A stretch of DNA of 64,000 nt from the human T2T-CHM13v2.0 reference genome, Homo sapiens. The translations under genes and the position numbers were made by a program. Where the stretch lies: NCBI RefSeq assembly GCF_009914755.1, contig NC_060935.1. One strand, 5' to 3'. Positions 1 to 14,108 of this stretch are shown piece by piece (within the stretch, counting starts at the first letter, position 1; every line of letters begins with the position of its first letter). The notes under the pieces are model-generated. The model searched no databases. It saw nothing but the letters and a program-made list of their open reading frames with translations, and was not told where the DNA came from.

Positions 1-3000
1 TTTTTTAAGTGAATGGCGCTCTTATTAAAAGAGAAATCTGAGCAGTGGCCTTTAAAAAAAAAAGATAGATCTTAGAGATGGGAAAACTCTTGATCAAACC
101 CATTTGCAGTTTCATTTGTACTTGAGTTTGCTTAAATTTTTTTTTACTTGTACCTCATTTTTCAGTCTCAAAATATATTTTATAGGAAAAATGGGGGCAT
201 TGATAATTTTTCATATACAACTTCTTTCTGCTTTTTCCCTTTATAAAATTTATAATAAAACATACCTGACTTTTATTTTTCTGTAATGCCCTATTTTAGA
301 AATGCAAAGAGATTATAGTTTGCAAGGAGGAGCTTTCGTTTATAATAAAAATTGATTTTGGCACATATTGATGGCTTTCCCATGTGCCTTTTTCAGTTCT
401 GTTCTGATATTTTTCTATACAGTAATTAAATTTGTGGTTTTGTTCTGAACTAAAAAACAGTGTAGTCTCACAACACTTGAGTGGTGAGCACTGGGACTCT
501 TCCCAAAGTCCTTCGACTTTTTTTTTATGCAAACAAGGCTGGCTGTGGAATAGGACAAGTGATTAGGAAGGAGCATTTGGTGTGCCCTCTGCAGTGGGCA
601 GCATGCTGGCTCGCTCGCACGTGTGGCTGATGGTGGCTGGCTTTTAGCTGCACTGGCTGAGCAGTTGGAAGACTAAGATAACTTTGTAGATCCTGCTTTT
701 TAACCAAAGGTGCAATACTCTCTATATGGATGTAACTACCCCAGTTTTTGCTCAAGTTCTGACTCTGTTTCTAGTTTCTCTGAGCTAATGAATTAATGAT
801 GTACAAAGAAGTTTACAGATAACAATGTTGTTTCCATCTGTGATGATATGAATTGCTCTATTTCTGCACTGTCTGTGTGGTTCCTGTGGACTCACCAGGG
901 CACACAGCCTTAGACTGAAAGCCCTATAAGTGAGGAATAAAGCTCTTCTGTTCAGAAGGGATTCCCATGTGATATAGGAAGCACTCTTTTTCTCACTTGG
1001 TGAATTTTAGAGTTTTCTTCCATAGAAACAATTTTTCTGTTGCTTTATACATGTACATATGTAAAAATACACAGCGGTATTTATGTTTGTTTCTAAAAAA
1101 AAATTAACAATAATAAAAAAGAAACATTCCCCTGACTTTCATCCCTGGGCCACTCTCTTTTGGGGCAGGCACAAGGAAGAGACAGAAACAGAAGCAGTAG
1201 GATAGCAACTGGCCCAGCATTTAAGCTCCAAGAACCACCTCCGTCTTCTTGTAGTTTCTTCCGTTCTTTCCTACCATATTGTTCTTGGAAAAATGGAGTC
1301 CTTTGTTTTTCCATCTGCTAATACCAACTGAGTGTTCCAGGCATGGTGCTTGCTCACTGTGATGGGCAGTTAACAGCCAATATCCTGTTCAGGGAGCTGG
1401 CCATGTAAATGGGAATGTAAACTAGAGGAGCACTTTGGGTAATAGCGGGAGCAGCCAAAATGAAATGTGGGGTGCATCCCGGGGATGAGCTTCGTGGAGA
1501 GTATACTGTTAAGTTTGGCAATTGAAAGAGGAAAGGCAGCCTAATGCGTGCTCCCTCATTTAAGCTCACTATGAAGTGACTTACAGTATTCTGCTTTTGG
1601 GGCATGATACTGAGGAAACTGGGGCTGAGAGAGTATAATTGACTAGTCACAAAGCCTTCCTAGTAAGTGGTGAAGCCAGGATTTGAACTCAGATCTTTTT
1701 GCACCCTAAACGAATCATTGTTTTAGATAAAATTTTATCTAGTGAAGGTGGGAGAATGTTTTCAAGCAGAGGGCTTCACACCAGCACACTGTACCTAAAC
1801 TGTCACCCCTCACAGTCTTTGGGGCTGGGCATTCAGCCTTTGCTACCAGCCCTTCACTTGGCATCCACATTTTAACTTTGAGCCCTTGGTCAAAACGTGG
1901 ACTTAATTTGGGTTGGTGCTGTGAGGGTCATCAGTAACTGGGGGAATGACATGGTCCTGGAGACAGAGCTGCTTGGCACCACTCTGAGGGCATTAGGACA
2001 GTCGCAGAGAGTGAGGCTGTCTGTCACCTGCTTGCAGGAGTTGGTGCTGCTTTCTTTCACTCCCTCCATGAGCATTTTATCTCAAAGGCAGTATACTTAA
2101 CCTTCCTAACCAGCCATTACCAGGATATGGGCTCAACTCTGTTGATGTCCCAGCTCCATCCATACCCCCTTGTTCAGCTCTGGAATCTAATAGCACATTT
2201 GTGAGGAGGCAGGGACAAGCATCTTTACCGAGGTCATCATGGGGTCAGGCTGATAGCCATGGTCTTCTTGGCCTCCCACACTAGCTAGTGAGATAAACTC
2301 GCTACAGATAATTGAGGTCATCCCAAAAGACAACAAGGATAGCTTCTGGGTGGGTGGGGAGCAGAGGGGAGTGGCAGGAAGTATCCAAGCTTAAAAGAGA
2401 CACTGTGCTTTGCCTGGGAAGATGTAGGAAGGCCTCCTGGAGCAGGTGGCTGGTGGCTGACCATCCCAGTAACTATCCTTGCAGACACTGCCCTAGCCAG
2501 GTTGGTTACCACTTCTCCACAAACTCAGACGTCGAAGGGGTAGACAAAGGTCTATGGTCCTCATGTGAAGACCGAAACCAGACTTGCATTTGTCTGTCCC
2601 TCTGTGGAGTTGGAAAAGTGGCTTACCCGCAATGGAGGCCACTGCCAGATGTGTCTTCCTGGTGAGTCTTCTTGCTTATAAGCTTCTCTTTACTTTCCAG
2701 GGAAGGGTGTGGCAGAGTTCTTTGGGCTGGTGTTTTCCAGCCTTTTTAAAGTAGCAAAACTCATGTTTTGAATTGAAGCTTACTCCCTCAAATCCTTAGT
2801 AATGGCCTCTTAGGCTATTCCATTGAATCAGGTTTGAAAAGCCCCCTGTTTTAGGCAGAAGGAAAAGGAGGTGTCTACCTCTTATGCTGTCCCTTCCAGC
2901 CTTTACAGAGAGCTCCTGTGTCCCATTTAAAGCCCATGTTTTTAAATTCTGTAGTTTTGAAGTTCTGCCATGTTCCTAGGAAGAAAACAGACTCCAGGAG

Positions 3001-4283
3001 AGAGTGGTCATTTGATGTCACATTGATAGATGAGTCATCCTAGCTACAAAAGTTACTCTCCTGAAAATCCGTTAGAATAAATTCTAAAGGTCAGCTTTAT
3101 GCTTCTACTAATTGGCAGTTGTTCTCAATGTGCTTGTTTGTGGACTAGATCACCCCCAAATTGTGTAGACTTAAATTTTAGTAAAGAAAAAAATTGTTCT
3201 AGTGAAAGTCTAAGATTTCTACGTAGATTTGAACTTGAAAAGCATAGGAATGATTACTGAATTCAGTCCAGTGGTTTTCATTGAGAACCTAAGTGTGTTC
3301 TAGGTCCTTTTGTAGACGTTGGGCACATAGAATTGCATCCAGAGTTTCTGTTCTTGAGGAACATTGAACTTTTCTGTTATTTTTCCAGTAGATATCCACA
3401 GCTAGGGGGCTCTGCAGTAGAAATTAAACAGGATAGTGCAGAGGCTGCCCAAGTGAAAAGAATGATTCATTCTGGGAGTGAGGGAATTAAAGCTTCATGG
3501 AGAAGTGTCATTAGAACTAAACATAGTTGAAGGCAGAGAATTTCCATAAAGTTGGGACTATCTGGGGGACCATGAAGAGCATCATGTAATTGGGGACATG
3601 CGGTGGGAGGTAAGACTGGAGGAGCCTAAGGGAAGGGCCCTCGATTATCCCACTGAGGAGAAGGGATTCATCTGTGGGCCTAGGGGCATACATGGGGTTC
3701 ATTCAAATTTACCCTCTGGAAAGACCTCGCCAGCCAGGTTTTGCAGGATAGCTAATAAGAGGGAGGCCAAGCTGGAGTCAGGGAGGCTAATTCCTGGGCT
3801 GCTTTAAGAGTGGGGAAGAGAGTCACAGGCTGGGACCAGGGGCCAACCCACACCCCCTGGGGCTGCTCCGTGGCACTTAGCACTCATCCTTGGCTGGCTC
3901 CCTGCTTTGGTGCTCTCTGCCTGCTCTGTAGTCTTTCCTACTCATTGTGTTTAAAGAATAAATTATAAGTTCTGTCCTTATGAAGTCTGAAAAGTGTTGT
4001 GTGCCAGAACTTTTCAGAAAGATTTTCAATAGCAGCATTTAAAAATCAACTTATTAAAATTGGGTTCTCTTAAAGTAATGGTAATTGACTAGGAGTGTGC
4101 ATCAAAATTATGAAGTTTTTGTTGCAAAATTTAAACAGTACAGAAAATATATTAAACACTCATGTTTATACTATCTGGAATTGATCATTTTCATTATATA
4201 AGTTTTTTTTAATGAAAAATCAAGTGGCAAACATTATTCTGTACTTTTTCCTCTACCCACCCTCCGTCTTCAACCAAAATTAA

Positions 4284-4788
<505 letters not shown>

Positions 4789-5127
4789 TAAGATAGACTC
4801 GGCCAACAATTTGGTGACCTTGGATACAGACCCTGACTGCAGAGGAGAGATACGAGGTTCAGGACATATAGGGGATGGTTGAACTAGAAAGGGAATAATG
4901 CGAGGAGACAGTGAACCAGGAGCAGAGAAGCTGGGAGAGTAGAGACAAAGCGTCAGTAGACTGAAGCTGAGATTCAAGAGCTCGGTAAGATGGAAAAAAG
5001 AAAAAAAAAAAGGCATTTGTGGCCAGAGCACAGTGATTTTGGAAATTAAATTTATACATTCAGAGTTGTGGGGATTTTCTCCCCCGCCCCCCCCGGGGTT
5101 GGGGCATTTTCAAAATATCTAGGACAA

Positions 5128-5431
5128 GGCTGGGCACGGTGGCTCACGCCTGTAATCCTAGCACTTCGGGAGGCCGAGATGGGCAGATTGCCTGAGCTCA
5201 GGAGTTAGAGACCAGCCTGGGCAACACGGTGAAACCCCGTCTCTACTAAAATACAAAAAATTAGCCAGGTATGGCAGTGTGCACCGGCAGTTATAGCTAC
5301 TTGGGAGGCTGGGGCAGGAGGGTTGCTTGAACTTGGGAGGTGGAGGTTGCAGTGAGCCGAGATTGTACTGCTGTACCCCAGCCTGGGCAACAGAGCGAGA
5401 CTCTGTCTCCAAAAAAAAGAAAAAGAAAAAA
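5128..5431 (+). mobile_element. AluS
   Basis: GGCTGGGCACGGTGGCTCACGCC...A-tail; degenerate TSD aaatRtctaggaca. Confidence 0.95.
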
Positions 5432-8400
5432 TGTCTAGGACAGAAGCTAGAGTACAAACTGCAGGCCTAGAAGAGAGCTTAGCTTTGAAGGAGTTGTTTC
5501 TTAGTGATGGGAGTGCTATGTGTTTGTCTCCTACTCAGACAAAACCCTTTTGACCCACTGCTCTCAAGGGGGTAGGTTTTATAGATGACCCACAGCCTGT
5601 AGCTGGGCCTGAGTCTACTTCTAAAGTAGAAGATGAATCCATGCAGTTGCAGTGTGAAAGAGGCTTCTAGGCCTATGGAATATCCATTTAAAAATCCTGA
5701 GGATGCTGAGTTAGAGGTCTCCCTTGGACCTTGTGTCACCAGCTGCAGCGACAGCAGTGTCACCAACACCAGCTTTACCTGTTGTCTTCCATCTCACCCT
5801 TTCCCTTAGTTTAGCCCCTATTGGCGTCTCCAGTGGAGTAGTGAGAAGCAGCAGCATGTCTGAGGATTAGCTCACAGCCTTAGAAATTATTCTCTACTTC
5901 GAATTGTTTCACTTACCATTAATTCATGAAAAAGTCATTAACTGTTTTTTTAAGCTCCAGGGATTTATTATCCCAGCATGTAGAAAGAATGCAGAAGCAT
6001 TCTCCATGTGTTAAGCAGTCTTTTTCCTACTCAGAGTTTCTTTGTAGAGTTCCATGCAGGAGTCTCTTTGCCTGTATGTTCAGTTGCCCTAAGAAGTTGT
6101 TCAGACCCTGCTCAGAGTCCTTCTTTCCCCATTAGCAGCAAAAAGGCAGTCCTTTCTTGCTGTTTTCAGAAGCTCACGGTAGCCACAGCCAAGGTCTGGG
6201 AAGCACCACCACACTGTGGGCCATCTCCATCTTCCCATGAAGATGGGCCAAGCCACCTCTGGTTCACTTCTCGAGTGTGTTTAGGTGAGTGTATGACTCG
6301 GGACAAAACTAAGAGGAAAGGAAGTCTTCGCCGTGCCCTCCGCTCGGCAGGAATACATCTTAGGCAGTAGATGTATTCACGTCAGGCTCTGGATGTGTAT
6401 TGAAGAAAAACCTGTACTTGCTGACATTGCATCATCCCAGTAGAGCAGAAAGAGACCTGAGCCCCTCTGATTATGTCCAGTCGCCGGTGACTAATTTATG
6501 AGCTACATGTGCTCCCCCGGGGCCATTTTCTTGTTCTCGCCCTGGTGGCCTTTATGATTTGATTTCTGAACAGGCCATTCTTTCCAAACTGCTGTTCCTT
6601 CCAATAGGCAGAGAGCTTAAAGTTCAAATTGTTGATTTAATTCTTTTGAGTTCAAGAACTTCACTGGGGCATTGCTAAAGTCCACACTGCTGAATCATGT
6701 TTGTATCATCACTGATTCCATCCAGGAATGGGCCTGTCCACAGGGAAGGTAGACGTACTTCACTTCACTCTGTGTTGCTCCGTGAAGCCCCCTGAGCCAC
6801 TCTGCTCCTTCAGGACTTGGCTGTTAGCAGTGCAGGAGGCAAGGAAAGCCTGAGCAACAACCTCCTTTGTCTGTGTCCACACCAAGACACTTGGCCTTGT
6901 CACGGGATTTGGGAAATGATATAATCTTTCCTGGCATTTCCCAATCTTCAGGGGGAGTTCTTTTGCATTTATGACATATACGCTTTCTCCTCAAAGATAT
7001 TTTTATTACCTTGTTTTTAATTTAACTGAACGAAAACTAAGATTGGAGACAATTTCTCAGGCTTCAGTTGGAACCACTTGCCAACAGTGTGGTGATGGAG
7101 AAATTAATGATGGGAGCCAGGGCACTGAATATGTAGATAAAGATAATTCTGTGTGAACTGAGCCAGGTCTGGATTTTCTTTATAAGGGCAACAGAAACAG
7201 TCTCATCATTCTACATTTTTATCTCTTCATAGCGAAATCCCATTGTTAATTGGCCTCCAACTTAGATAATGCCCTAGAATGACATCTATCCGAAAGGTTA
7301 TCTAGTGAGGACAAGGGCTCCTGAGTATTTCAGGTCCCGAGCAGAATCCAGCTTGGAAAGCCAGTCCATTACCTGGCCCCCGTAGACTGCAAGCTCACCC
7401 AGGGCCAAGGCTGCAAGCACCATACTAAGTACTTGAAGCAGTCCTGAACAAAAGTGTTTTTATCTTTGATTTATAAATTAGGACACAGAGGCGTGGAATG
7501 GCTAACTGGCTTGCTTAGAGTCACAAGTCTGAAGTTAATCCAGGGATATCTGGTGCCACAAGCCAAGCTCTTTGCAGGATGTTCTTCTGCCTTCCCAAAG
7601 AGTACTGGTCCAGGATGAGGTTCATTTTCCTGACTTGGAATGCTTTGCATTGTCTCCCTCCACTGAGCCCTCTTCATTGTGTCTTTATGTTTGAAAGAAA
7701 TAGAAGAAGGACTCACTCTGGAGCTTAACTTGAGTCTGGAGCCAGTTTAGGTTCCTCTGGCCCCTTGCTGTCACCTCTTAGAGAAAAGGGGGCTGAGGTC
7801 AGAAGGGTGCCTTCTCCCAGACACCTGGATCCGGCAGGAAGCTGTCCTAAATCCCAGGCTTCCTGGGAGAGAGTCATGAGGCACACCTATGAGTTTGCTC
7901 GTCTGTAGTCCTCATCTACAATCCTTTATGATGTGAAGCCCCACATCAGAGTTAAAGGAAACGATGTTGACAATTATAAAATACCAAATATAGCTGAGTA
8001 TATTTAAAAATGAACAATGGTAAAAGCCTTGAAAATTTTTCCTTGGATGTGAATGGAGTCTTTGGCATTTGGAAATACAATAAAATGAATTAATTGCTGC
8101 TTATTAGGCAGCGAGTCAGGAGAAGCATGAATGTGCCTTCTGTCCTCTGCGTTAGCTGTTACCTGACTGAAGTAGTCTCCTTTTGTATTTACTCCTGCCT
8201 TTTCTAATGGTAAGCAAATTAGAGATCATAGCTAGAAAAAAAATCAAGTGCCCTCCATCCTTTTTCCAAAACCATAATATAGTTCTGTGATGTTTATCTG
8301 CTCAAGGGGTATGGCTAATAATTGCAGAGGTCATGTGGAGCCACATAGTGCAAGATTAGAAAGAACATCTGCAAGATTACTTCTTAGGAAAGTATTTTGT

Positions 8401-11400
8401 GTTTTGTCTTTTTCTGAAAAAGTGATTGTGCAAGCAAATTGCTGTCTTTCCTCCCTTGCACTATATTGCTGGTTAAAGCATATTTGAAGAAAAACCATTT
8501 AATAACTATCAAGAGTTTTTGAATCCATGGTCGTTTTTTTGACTTTACTATTTTTTCTGACGTATTTGATGGACTTCTATATGAATAAATTACATTGGAA
8601 TCCTATCTTTAAATTCTGAAATCATGGCCCATGAATAAACTGTTTGGAATATATTGATTATGCTGTTCATTAAAATTCCATATATGGCAGCTATCATATA
8701 TTGTATATGCAAGCATGTAACCTTTTTATGTTATCTTTAAAGTTTGTTCATGGTAATACCTATAGAATATGAGATAATTGATTTTGCAGAATAATCAAAA
8801 GCTGAGAAGCAGAAGGAAGAGAAGGGAACAAGACTCCTCTGATATCCAGACTGATCCGTGAGATGTCCTTGAGTTTTAAGAGTACACCACTCCAGCCATG
8901 TGCATTTGTGATATTGCTGTCCTCCTGTCATGTATATTACATGTAGATATTTTCCAAACATTGTGTCCATTTCAACCATAAAAAGGAGGCAATCAGCAGA
9001 ACAGAGAGCTATAGCAGCAGTAGCCTTGCTCTCCTTCATGAAATATGAAAGCCTGTTTTTACTTAGAACAATAACAATTTGTAAGGCTTCAGGCTGAGGA
9101 GTTTATGCATGACACAGCCTGCTGGACCATGTAGCAGAGGCAGCGAGACCATTGAGTGTGGTGTGTTGGAAATTGGTTAATGATAAAAGTAGGGTAGATG
9201 ATGAGACAGGCATCCCGAGTCTCAGGTCAGTTGGACCGTTTGTTCTTAGAACCCATCCTCTTTCCCATCAAAAGTCCATAGACCACCCATAGTTCCTGCT
9301 CCATGAGTGTTTTCTGCATTGCAGGTCATGGGCTTGGGTTGGGGTTCAGTTGGAAAAGGGAGATTTCCCTTTTCTTTCCCCACTCCCCAAAACATTTGGC
9401 TTTTTATGTCCTCATTCTTTGTAATCTTAGGGATAGAGGGACGGAAAATCAGCAATAAGTAGTCAGTGTGAACTTGTCCAAACATTTTTCTAGGATGCAA
9501 TTTTCTTATTCTTGCTCATATGCACACGCACGCACACATACACACTCAGAATATTTCCTGTAACCTGAGACTTCACAGAGCATAATTCCGTATTAACCTA
9601 ACAGTTTTTCAGGATCAAACAATGTGCTCACCTTTGTAAATCTCATCCACATCTCAGAAATGTTGGTGTGAAGACATCTTAAAATTAGTGTGGTGTACAA
9701 ATGTAGCATGTGTTTGAATTTACCTAGCTTCGCTTGTTTGGATAGATTAGCCTCCTCCCCTTTAGAGTGAGGATGAGTAGTGAGGATAGAGTCGAATGCT
9801 TTAAAGTCTGGGATATTAAACCAGAGTGACACAGAGGAGCAGTTCACTCAGGTCTGACACTTAGAGTTATTTTTTCAAAGCCAGGCAGGTATCTCTGGGC
9901 TGCAAATGACAATTTAGAGGTCCTTCCATTGAAATCTCTTAGCTTGGCATTCTTTCAAATTCCCGTTTCAGGATAAGTGGGTCTGTAGGCAGACCCTTGG
10001 TTCTGATTTCAAGATATCCCTGGTGGTGCTTATTATTTCCAGGGTCACATTAGATTTTAAACAAAAACATTTTAATCCTTTTAATTTTCAATATATATTG
10101 TAGATAAAGGGGAGATGTTATAAAAATTAAATGAGTAGTCAGAGTAGCTCGACCACAAAAGGTAGGAAATCACTGGTATAGACATTTTAGTCCATTTGCA
10201 GAAAATTGCCTATTCTCAAATAGGTAGGTCAAGTGCAGAAAGAACCTCTACTTGAGATGAAATTTCCTTTCTACACTTAGCTTTCTATTAGGACAGCAGA
10301 CCAAAGCTGCCCAAATTTTAACATCCTGCTGTCTTCTCACTAGTAGTTTCCTTGACTATATGCATTGAAAAGTATCTGTTTATAATGGAATTTACCCTCA
10401 TAGCTACAAATACCTTTAAACCCAGAAGGACATTAGGCAGTAATGTGCAACTTTTAATTTTATAAATAAAGAAACTTCGAAGTCATTAAATGACTTGATC
10501 CACATAATGCAGCTCATTAATGTCAGGCAGGGACAGGTTTGAAGCCAGGTCTCCGGACACCCCAGTGGGTACACCTTTTATAGTCTTGGAGCAAGTTGGT
10601 GTCATAAAAGCAATTGATTTGCTCTCCTGCTCTTGAACTCCTGTTTTCATTTAGGTACCTGGTAGAATGCTGGGTAATGAGAGAGTCAAACCTTACTTTA
10701 ACAGAAGAAAAAGATCATGTTCTGAAGCTGTGTGACATAAACAGCAAAGATAGGTGCTTTTCTCCTTTTCCACACTGACTGATTTCCGTTTCAAAAAAGA
10801 ATATCAAACTTGTTTGAAGATTTCAAATGATTTTTAATAAGCCTAGCAAATTTCAAGCAACTCAATAAAGCGGGATGTGGAGATGCAGGGAACTCATTTG
10901 GACCTGGACTTAGAATTCATGAGTCACCCCACCCAAGTGTGCACAAACAGATTCTGTATTTGGGCAAGCAGAAGTGCCTCTGTCTGCAGAATTTCAAATA
11001 CGTGGAACTCTTCGGGTCTGTGAGAGGATCCACGATGTTCTTCTGGAATGGAGCCAAGCCCTCAAGTTCTTTTGTAGCTATTGCTCAGATGTGTCAGTCA
11101 GGCAGGCAAGACGTCTGTGCTGCCATTTTCCAATCCCCCTAGCCTGGGCCCCAGAGAAGTTGTAAGGCTTGTTCTGTGCTGAGGAAGGCACCTGTGGTCA
11201 TACCTGAGCCATTACCTCAGTTTCAGAAATCTGCCTTGAGAGCATTTATAACCCCCTTGGTAGAGGTTGAGTGGCTTGGGGGCTGGAGTCCAAAGTGACT
11301 GGTCTAAGAGAAACCAATGGATTCGTATTGATGTCAGGGTGATGTTGATGGGGAATGGAGTTGGTGTGACTAGGGCCATGGTTTCTGTTCATGGGCTACC

Positions 11401-11890
11401 CTCTGAGGGGATGGACAAGCGAGGAGCAGGTAAAGCCACAGAATAGCCAACAGTAGATTGCCTGGCACTGAGGTCTGCATGTGTGGGCCCAGTTTGTCAG
11501 TTTATCATAAAATCCCATACACTTCAAGATTTGCCCTCTTTCTGGCATCCTCAGTATCTGACATGTTTCAAATCTTAAAAAAAAGGTTAGTTGAGGAAGC
11601 TAGCTTTAGGTTAGAACATTTGACAGATTAGCAAATGGAGCCCCAAGTCGAAGAACTGCCATCTGATAAGAAGGAGATAACAGCAGCAAAAGGATCATTC
11701 TGAGTCACTCTGGCCGTTCTTTTGAGGCCCAGGAATCCTGCCAGCTTCTAGGGCCCTTGGAGTGTCACTCGGCCACGGGAGGTGTCATTACAGATGTTCA
11801 TAATGACCTTGAGCATCCATGAAAAGCTGTTACTTGAGGCTCCTTAGTTTTTCAGTCACAGCCAGAGTAATATATAAGACATAAAAATTA

Positions 11891-12199
<309 letters not shown>

Positions 12200-12224
12200 A
12201 AATTAATGGAAGTGTTAGGCTCCG

Positions 12225-12327
12225 TTTTCTTTTTCCCCCCTCCCCTCCCTTTCCTTTTTTCCTCCCTTCCTCCTTCCCCTTTTCTCCCTCCCACCCTCCC
12301 TTTCTTCCTTCCTTTTCTCCTTCATTC
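12225..12327. repeat. Polypyrimidine (CT-rich) low-complexity tract
   Basis: About 100 nt, almost entirely C/T. Confidence 0.85.
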
Positions 12328-12630
12328 TTTTTTTTTCTGATGGAGTCTTGCTCTACTGCCCAGGCTTGAGTGCAGTGGCTTGATGAACACAGCTCATTGC
12401 AGCCTTGACCTCCCAGGTTCAAACAGTCCTCCCACCTCAGGCTCTTGAGTAGCTGGAACCACAGAAGTACACCACCACACCTGGCTAATTTTTTTTTGTG
12501 TGTGTGTGTGTGTGGAGACAGGGTCTCTCTATGTAACCCAGGCTGGTCTTGAACTCCTGGGCCCAAGTAATCCTCCCACCTCAGCCTCACAAAGTGCTGG
12601 GATTATAGGTGTGAGCAGCCACACCTGGTC
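12328..12630 (-). mobile_element. AluJ with a (TG)n run in the linker
   Basis: Diverged antisense dimer. Confidence 0.92.
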
Positions 12631-13286
12631 TTCCCCTTTCCCTTTTTCTTTATTGGCTCTTTTTCAAAGGTTAATGTAAGCTTTTTGGAAATTCACATTG
12701 TCTTCCTGACAGTTATAGGGCAAAGTAGTATCTACACCCTGGGAACACCTAGCACATCTTTCTTAGAAGCCCTTAGCAGTTGTTCATGAGCTTTGATTTT
12801 TTAAAAACTCCTTTGGCCTTGCTTTTGATGCCTTGATGTGTTTTTTTCATCACCTTTGGTTATATCAGTAAGCATTGAAGCACCCTCTCTGCTGGTACTT
12901 GGTGTCTTAGCCTGAAGCTCCCTTTGACGTTCCCTGGAGGTGGAAAGCACTCTTTTTATTTTGATGTCACCATTTTGTTTTTGCTTTGATGGCATTTGGG
13001 CCTGGAATATAGACCCTCTATTGGCACCGGTAGCCTTTATATGCCTACGAGGCTCAAAGCCCTGCCTGTGCCCACCGGGCCTGTCTCATACCAGGAGGCT
13101 ATTTCTCTGTCTGTCCTGGGGAAGCCACAGAACCAGTGCAAAGGAGTTGAGGGGTAGTTTTTTTATTATTGCTGTTGTTGGGTGCCCTTCTCAATCATTG
13201 CCTTTCTAGATAGCCATCTGGATCACCTTTTCTTCCTAAAATGTGAAAAGGCCCACACCCCTATGCATTTTATTGTTCCCAAGTAT

Positions 13287-13336
13287 TATATGTTTGTGTA
13301 CATATATACATATGTATATATACACATATATATATG
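13287..13336. repeat. (TA/CA)n low-complexity microsatellite
   Basis: tatatgtttgtgtacatatatacatatgtatatatacacatatatatatg. Confidence 0.75.
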
Positions 13337-13413
13337 TTTTTTTTTTAACCAAAGAAGAAAAAAAATCCCTTTTTATGCAATCCTTTTAACAAATTGTTTA
13401 TTATTGTATCCAG

Positions 13414-13425
13414 GTAACAAGCATG
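13414..13425 (+). CDS. TEAD1: TEAD1 alternative 12-nt microexon encoding VTSM, just after the TEA domain
   Basis: ttattgtatccag|GTAACAAGCATG|gtaagt: AG acceptor with T-rich tract, consensus donor, phase 0-0. Matches the known VTSM insertion between ...SKLK and DQTAK... in TEAD1 isoforms. Confidence 0.92.
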
Positions 13426-13630
13426 GTAAGTATTTTCACCAAACTGAGTATTCTGTATTTTAGCTGTGCTTGGCAGACTTTTTTGGCTAGCTTTGTGTTG
13501 TTAGCCTTGGCTTTCCTAGAAAAGACCCGTTCAGGAAAAGGAGAAACCACGTACCTGTAGCATCCCCTAGGCTCCTGGCTTCAGTACGAACCCACGTAGC
13601 CTTAGCCCCACGGCGGGGATACCTGAGAAA

Positions 13631-14108
13631 GCATGCACCCCGCCAGCATGCTGCTTGGCCCTGTTACCCCCAACCCCCGCTGCTTCTGAGCCTCTCCAGC
13701 CAGGTGTCTGCAGGGCTTCCAGGCCTTGCATGACCCCAGCAGCTCCTGGGACCATGGCCCTGTGACAGTCAGGACACACAGATAGGGCTCCTCGAGCTCT
13801 GTGGACGGTCCTACCCCAGTCCACAGCTACATCTCTTCTCTCACTCCTCCTCCCATCCGTTTGCTTAAAAGCAGGGCCTTTATTTTTTTTTCTTCCTTAA
13901 ATGTTTTAAGTAATTGGAGAAATCTTCTGGAAGCTGACAAGCTAAATAAATACGTTGTCCACTCTTCTGAGAGGCTTCACATTCTGTTGGAAAATGGATT
14001 TAATCCCTAAAAAAAGCCTTGCCCCATTGGGTCTTCCCAGTAAATGTTGAGAGGTACGGTAGGTTGAGTGTGGTTTAGCCTTCTGGCTGTGTTATTTATC
14101 CATGCATG
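13631..14108 (+). promoter_or_regulatory. Cluster of RBFOX-type (T)GCATG splicing elements downstream of the microexon
   Basis: GCATG at 13631 and 13646; TGCATG at 13727 and 14103. Confidence 0.6.

Noticed and set aside
2529-2661. Possible cryptic exon ending at ctg|gtgagt
   Set aside because: The upstream acceptor (ccacaaactcag) has a poor pyrimidine tract and there is no other support.
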